Position numbers and translations under genes: made by a program. Positions 58,701-64,000 of a stretch of 64,000 nt of DNA are shown in pieces. Position 1 is the stretch's first letter. Every line of letters begins with the position of its first letter. The stretch is from Amoebophrya sp. A120 (lineage: Eukaryota > Protista > Dinoflagellata). The stretch lies in assembly GCA_905178155.1 (NCBI GenBank), contig CAJINV010000016.1:248001-312000 (forward strand), read 5' to 3'. A model generated the notes under the pieces. It had not been told where the DNA came from. It did not search any database and saw only the letters and a list, made by a program, of their open reading frames with translations.

Positions 58701-61700
58701 CATGGAGACATTTATCCTGTGCAAAAGTATCGTACTCGTATAAATGCTGGTCTTGCATTACAAATTTCATTGTCAAGGCAAATCAGCATTACAAATTTTA
58801 TTTCTCATGCTGAGAAAATAATTTGTAATGCATTTATACGAGTACGATACTTTTGCAGTTCATAACATTGCTCGTCGGTGTACTACTAGGACCGTTGTCT
58901 TTGTCTCGCAGCTGCTGGTCCTTTCGCGCACCTCCACGACGTGTCTGGCGGTGGTTTTTCGCCGTTCTTGGCGATGGTACGTTACTGAAGATATCTTCAT
59001 TCTCGTGCTCTTCGCTGCTTTCACAATTTTCGGCAGAAATCGAAGGTTTTTCTGTGCCCGTTGCTGTCATCATCATCTGCTCGGTCGAATCATAATCCTT
59101 CGTCTCCGCCCGGGCGGCCAGAGACACGGCAGACAATTCCTCTGCCGCAGTTAATTTTTCAGTTTTTGCAGATCCACCTCCTCCGCTCATCAACAACTTC
59201 CTCGTCACATCCCCGCTCAAACTCGCGACCTTGACTTTCCTATGAAAGCCTCAGAATGGAAATCCTCAAAGTGGAAAAGGAAATAATTTGTGATGCATGA
59301 AATGCAAGGCAAAAAAGACTGTATTGCAAAGGACACATCAATGGAGGCCGACTATTGTCCTGCTAGGGGTGAAGAATTGGGCTGCTAATTAGCACGACAG
59401 AAGGGCACCCCTTTGCCTAACTAGCATAACAGACACGTTTTGAGTGCCCGGGAAATTTGTCATGCGCCGACTACAAATGACGCTTCAACTGGAGTCGTTT
59501 TTTTGCATTACAAATTACCAGCCATGCTCCGGCTACCGCCGGAGCGCAAGGCTGTTGGGCCGGGGCAAGACCGTGCGCCGATTGGACCACAACACCACGG
59601 GCCTGCGGACAACGCAACATGTTGGAGTCCTGCCGCCTGTTTGCGCCGCGCCAACCCGCAGGACCACTTGCGCGCCTCCCGCGCCTTTGGGCGCTCTGCG
59701 CAGGGAGCAGCTGCAAAGAACACCGTGGGCGAACAGAAGCCGCCCGGCGCGAGAGGGTAGCGCGAGAGGGTGGCGCGAGAGGGTGGCGCGAGGGGGTGCG
59801 CGAGAGGGTGGCACGGAAAGACGCCGAACAAAACAAGTCCGTAAGGGCCTGCAGTGCGAGATATGTGTAGCGTCATGCGGATGCGCGCCTATTTCTTTCT
59901 GTTTTTACCTCCTCGCAGACCTCTCGCAGACCCTCCTTTTGACCTCTTTTGGGGGTCCCTGCTAATAGTCCGGCTATACTCGCGGGTAGAGGTCGACCGA
60001 GGTGGCCGAGAGGTGGCCAAGAGGGTCCGCGGGAGGTCGCCCCTTATTCGCGCAACCTCTCGGCACCTCTGTCCACCTCTCGCCTGCCCTCTTTTCTACC
60101 TCTCGGCACCCTCCGAGGCGCTTAGCGGCCCTAAAGGGCGAGCGGTTCGGCGGGCTATACTCGCGCCACCTCTCGCGCACCCTCTCGAACTGCCTCCCGC
60201 GCCACCTCTCCACCTCTGTCGACCTCTTTTTGACCTCTTTTGACCTCTTTTTTACCTCCCGGCCACCTCTCGTCTACCCTCTCTAGACCAATATTTTCGC
60301 ATGAATATAATTTAGACCGGAAAAACGGCCGGAGTACATGTTTTGTCGCGCTTCGCCACTGTCTGGCATTGCTTTTGTTTCGCTTTGGGGGCTGCCCGGG
60401 GCCCGACTAAGATGCCCGGCCCAGGGACCGCGCCGCGCCAGGCGCCGGGCTGCGCGTTCTTTGTTGCCAAGGGTCCGGGATAGATTTCCCGGCCCGGATG
60501 TCGCCCACGGGGGGAAGGCAACGATAGTCCGCGGGGTCTTCCCTTTCCGGCTGCTATCGGCGCGGGGCCCCGCGACGGCATGGGGTGCGGCAGCCGCGCA
60601 TGCATTTGCGCGCCCCTGCGCCGAATATGGTCGCGGGGGCGCAGAAAAAGGAGCGCCCGGCTTCGGCACTTTCGGGGGCGAGGGCCCTCCCCCCGCGAGA
60701 GGGGGCCAAAATGGGGGCCCGAAGTTGGCCCAATTCGGGCCACTTCTTGGGGAGGGGGTAAAATGGGCTCAATCTGGGCCATTTTGCCCCCCCCCTGTAG
60801 CATCGGGGGAAGGCCATTTTTTGCCCCCCCCTAAAAAAGAGGCCGAATTGGCCCAACTTTTGCCTTCTTTTTACCCCCCCCCGGAGGGGGGGTGGTAGGT
60901 TGCCCCCAAGAGGGATTCTTCACGGCCCCTGCCTCAATCCCCCTGAAGAGGCCAGGCCCCCCAGGAAATCTCGCGGCCGGGCTGCTGGTTGCAGTTGTGC
61001 GGGCTCCGAGGTTGGCGCTCCACCACCATGCCGTGCCTGCCGCACGCCCCCGGTGCGAACCATGGCCGGGGGGGCCCAGCGAGGCGCGACCGCCTTGCCG
61101 CCCCTTCCCTCTTCCGGGCGGGCGCCGCCCGCCTGCGGTCATTGAAGCACATAGCAGCAGGCGGCTACCCGCCGGATGACTTGCCCCATCGCCCGGCCGC
61201 ACCATCGCGCCCCCCCTAGTCGCTATGCCCGCGACCCGCGTGCCAACTGGTTGCACGAAAAAACATGTACTTCGGCCGTTTTTCTGGTCTAAATAATAGA
61301 TAGTAATTTCCACTTTGAGGATTTCCAACCTGAGGCTTTCATATTTCCCCGGCCGGGTTTTCAGCGCTTTCTCGGCCACCCACCGGTTGTACCCGTTTCT
61401 TTCCAAGTACACTGCGAGGTCGGCGTTTTTGAAAAGGTTCAAAAAATCAGTACTGTCTATGTCGATATGAACCGCAGATCTCCCGTGTTTGTTCTGCTCC
61501 TCACAGTGTTTCGAAAACTGCTCTACCAGGGAGGCAACCTTCTCCCGATCTTCTTCCGTCACCGGTTGTTCTTCGAAGTCGTAGCGGATAAACGCTTGCA
61601 ACCGCTTCCCCAGAATCTGTTTGATTTCCGTGTGCTTGTGCAGTTTAAACTTTTTCCCCAGCTGCTGCTCGACCTCTCGGACGGTGGCGCGGGACCCGCC

Positions 61701-64000
61701 AAGCTGTTCAATCACCTTGCGAATCATGTCTTTCCGAGTGTCGTTTTTCAAGGTTGGTCTGGGTTCGTCTCGAGGTCGTGCGGTTGTGGCTTTTAACATC
61801 GCGAAATTGTGAGTGTTGTTGCTGCTGCCGTTCTGGTCTTCTTCCGGATCTTCATCTCCTTCTGGAGTTTTTGGTGTACCTGGGCTGCTCGTCGTTGAAG
61901 AGAACATGCGGGCCTGTTGAGACAATCCGGTGCCTGCTGGCGATGTCGCGGCCATGGCTCTAGTACCCGAGTTCGTTCTTGCGGCGCGGCTGCTGTTCCT
62001 ATTCGTTTCAATTTCATCCCGTACAAAGAGCCTCCGTTCTGCGGCTGAAGTAGATGCACCGTCACTCACTTCTGCATCTTCATCCTCCAGGGCAGGTTTT
62101 GTTCCACCACTATTCCGCAGGAGAAGTCTCGACTTGCTCTTCAATTCCGATGAAATGCTGGGTGTAGCGGCCAACATGTGGAGTTCGTTGTGATTATCAG
62201 CTTGTCCCACCTCCTGAATATGATCAATATTCGCAACTTCTTCTGCAGCTGCTGTTTTCTCCTGGTTCTCGTGCCCGGATAGGAACAAGGTGCGCGTGCT
62301 GCTTGACGCGGTTCTTGCAGTGTCAGGCCCGAAAACAAGCAGTCGCTGTTTGGCACGAGAAGTTGTTTCCGCTGCGTTGCGATCAATTTCATCCTCCTCG
62401 TAATTCTCGTGCGGGAAAGCTTCATCGTGTCCCAAAGGTGTTCGTAGTTGCTCTGAAGTAGCCGCGTAATTTTCCAAATTTTCCTTGCTCGTCACCCGTA
62501 GCAGTCGCTTATTGAACTCTTCTTCCTTCAATTCTTCTGCCAGTAGCACCTTGTACCAATTCTGACACAAATAAGGACTCCCTTGCCGGTCCAGCTGTTC
62601 CGCGATCTTTTCTAAGCTCGTCGGTCTTCTTGATGGTTGTACAGAAGAAAGAGCGACGACGCGCTCCTGTACCTTCCCATGCAACGACCCAGCACCACCA
62701 CCGGAGCCCCAATTCAAAAAAACACTTTCCCGCAGCTTTTCATCCCGATTTCTCTCGTGTTCCAGCCAGGCTGGTAGAAAACAGTCGTGTAAACAACTCG
62801 TGAGGTGTGACGTTCCAGCAGCCCCACTGTGCGGCTGTAGTGGGTCCTGCGTTAGCCATTCCGCAAGCCAGTGCGGAGCTGCAGAAGTAGACCACGATTG
62901 ATGTTGTGTCGAATTCGAACCATTGCTCGAACAAGCACTTATGCTTTGGTAGTACAGTTCCACTACCTTCCGCTTTTGCGAATTCGTGAAATCAAACAAA
63001 TTCCTCGCTTCTTTCTGCCTGAGGAGCTGTACACCTGCTGTCGTGGTACTAGTCTTAGCGTTGGCCCCACCAACGCCGCTGCCCGAGATAGAAGTCCTCG
63101 TTCCTGCCAAAATCTGCCACTTCCGGTATATCAGCTGTAGCTTCGCCCACACGAGCTTCGTCGCAGTCACAGGGTACTGGTTCAGGGTAGTTGACAAGTA
63201 GTGCAGAATCTCTAACTGTTCGCAGAGTTTCAGAGTTTGAAACAACGACCTGAAAGTTGTAGACCTCGTGGCAGTTTTGTCAGCGGTGGTTTGACTAGAA
63301 GATGTTGGTCGGCGGTGTAGTTGTTCCACAGAAACGAAGAAATTCGCTATTTGCTCCGCTTCCTCATTCGCTTTCGCCCGGTAACCCAGTGTAAACAAGT
63401 CCCGGGCCAGCTGGGCGAGGGGGAAGTAAGTGTGAGGGTCAGGGTGGACTGGCTCCACGTTATTCTTCCGGCCACTGCTGTTTCCAGTCTGCGACTCAAA
63501 AGTTTGGTTTGTTCCAACATACAATTCTTGCTGGTGCTGTTTTTGCATCCTCGCCTTGGCTCGCCTCCTCGACGAACAGTGTGGTCGGTTGGCTTTTGTA
63601 ACTACGGCACAACCTGTTTTTGCAAGTCGAAGTCCTTCGTCTTGCTCGCGTTTGTTCTGCACAGGCTGACCACCCTGCTGCTGGGTGGTCGTCCTCTCGT
63701 TTATTGCACAACTAGTACTGCTCTGCGTTGAAGCAAAAATTTTTAGCAACATTCCCTCCAGCAGCTTGCTGTCGCAAACCCGGAGCCTTGCCATATGGTG
63801 AATAATATCACACATCTGCCTTCTCGCAAGAACATGATGCTTGTAGTCGTGTTCCTGATTCCTGTGGTCTGTTCCTGCAAACCGGTCCTCCTCGTCTCGC
63901 TGCTTCACATCCTGACCCGAAGAAAACACGAGTTTTCCCGTCCCGTCGAGTAACGCCTGCAACAAAAACCGCTTGTGCCAGTCCAAGCTCGCCGCAACTT
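55787..64000 (-). CDS. >1,570-aa protein (5' end outside the window), putative RAP/FASTK-like RNA-binding protein with two LOTUS-like repeats; 6 introners
   Basis: Removing 2108, 157, 267, 328, 393 and 237 nt joins all exons in frame (RPGK|VKVA, SNV|SMKQ, DRE|KREN, ELSH|DGSS, SNP|NPLN, QLK|RQAK). C-terminal LCGDSMLRVANLRRKFGDCKVV resembles the RAP pattern LxGxxxLKxRxLxxxGxxVV. The gene structure is firm; the domain calls are by eye. Confidence 0.75.
57042..57273. mobile_element. Introner family H
   Basis: tatccaagaaaaaaacaaaaagtgtgta ... tacacagttcttttgtcttggata; DR tcctc/tcttc; 237 nt, in frame. Confidence 0.88.
57342..57729. mobile_element. Introner family B-like with an internal 35-nt tandem duplication (57490-57557)
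   Basis: TIR tatcaaatgyaaa.atgtctgggtctggaag; DR tagga/tagga; 393 nt, in frame. Confidence 0.92.
57830..58152. mobile_element. Introner, family C-related TIR
   Basis: tattgtgaggaaaaatccctcctcccca ... tggggtggggagatttttccttttgata; DR tgaga/tgaga; 328 nt, restores frame. Confidence 0.9.
58399..58660. mobile_element. Introner family B (close relative of 14256)
   Basis: TIR tatcaa.tgtaaaaatgtctgggtctggaaga; DR tctcc/tctcc; 267 nt, in frame. Confidence 0.92.
58713..58864. mobile_element. Introner family A
   Basis: TIR tat....tgcaaaagtatcgtactcgtataaatgc; DR acatt/acatt; 157 nt, restores frame. Confidence 0.92.
59241..61343. mobile_element. Introner family D expanded to 2.1 kb by nested GC-rich insertions
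   Basis: TIR tatgaaagcctcag..tggaaatcctcaaagtggaaa; DR tttcc/tttcc; 2108 nt restores frame; D-type interior runs to ~59517. Confidence 0.88.
60306..61298. mobile_element. Nested 993-bp GC-rich TIR element (TAT...ATA)
   Basis: ~46-bp TIR tat(a/t)atttagacc(g/a)gaaaaacggccg(g/a)agtacatgtttt; no clear 5-nt DR. Confidence 0.8.

Noticed and set aside
60831-61343. Last ~170 aa of the 1051-aa ORF
   Set aside because: It is translation of the introner TIR and nested GC-rich insert; the frame resumes at 59240

Overview
Eukaryotic (alveolate-like) genomic DNA in which every credible gene lies on the minus strand. The main feature is a swarm of 26 elements, mostly 104-388 bp with one of 2.1 kb. Each begins TAT, ends ATA, has family-specific terminal inverted repeats (TIRs) and is almost always flanked by a 5-nt direct repeat (DR) of arbitrary sequence. 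Deleting each element plus one DR copy joins the fragmented ORF track into four long, stop-free genes: a ~3,425-aa putatively secreted protein, a ~1,000-aa helical-repeat protein, a ~2,390-aa membrane RING-finger protein and a >1,570-aa RAP/FASTK-like protein. No fixed GT-AG ends are available at these junctions. This matches the non-canonical 'introner' introns described for the parasitic dinoflagellate Amoebophrya (A120 type); the taxon is my inference. Further observations: a GCATGACAAA-like internal motif shared by all TIR families, often 31-32 bp apart; insertion in both orientations; a nested 2.1-kb introner; a 1.2-kb foldback element that appears to act as an intron; a GC-rich island with unrecognised helical-domain gene families; a ~1.1-kb degenerate tandem array; and a ~280-nt hairpin. 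No rRNA, tRNA, CRISPR array or transposase was recognised. All coordinates and frame arithmetic were done by eye.
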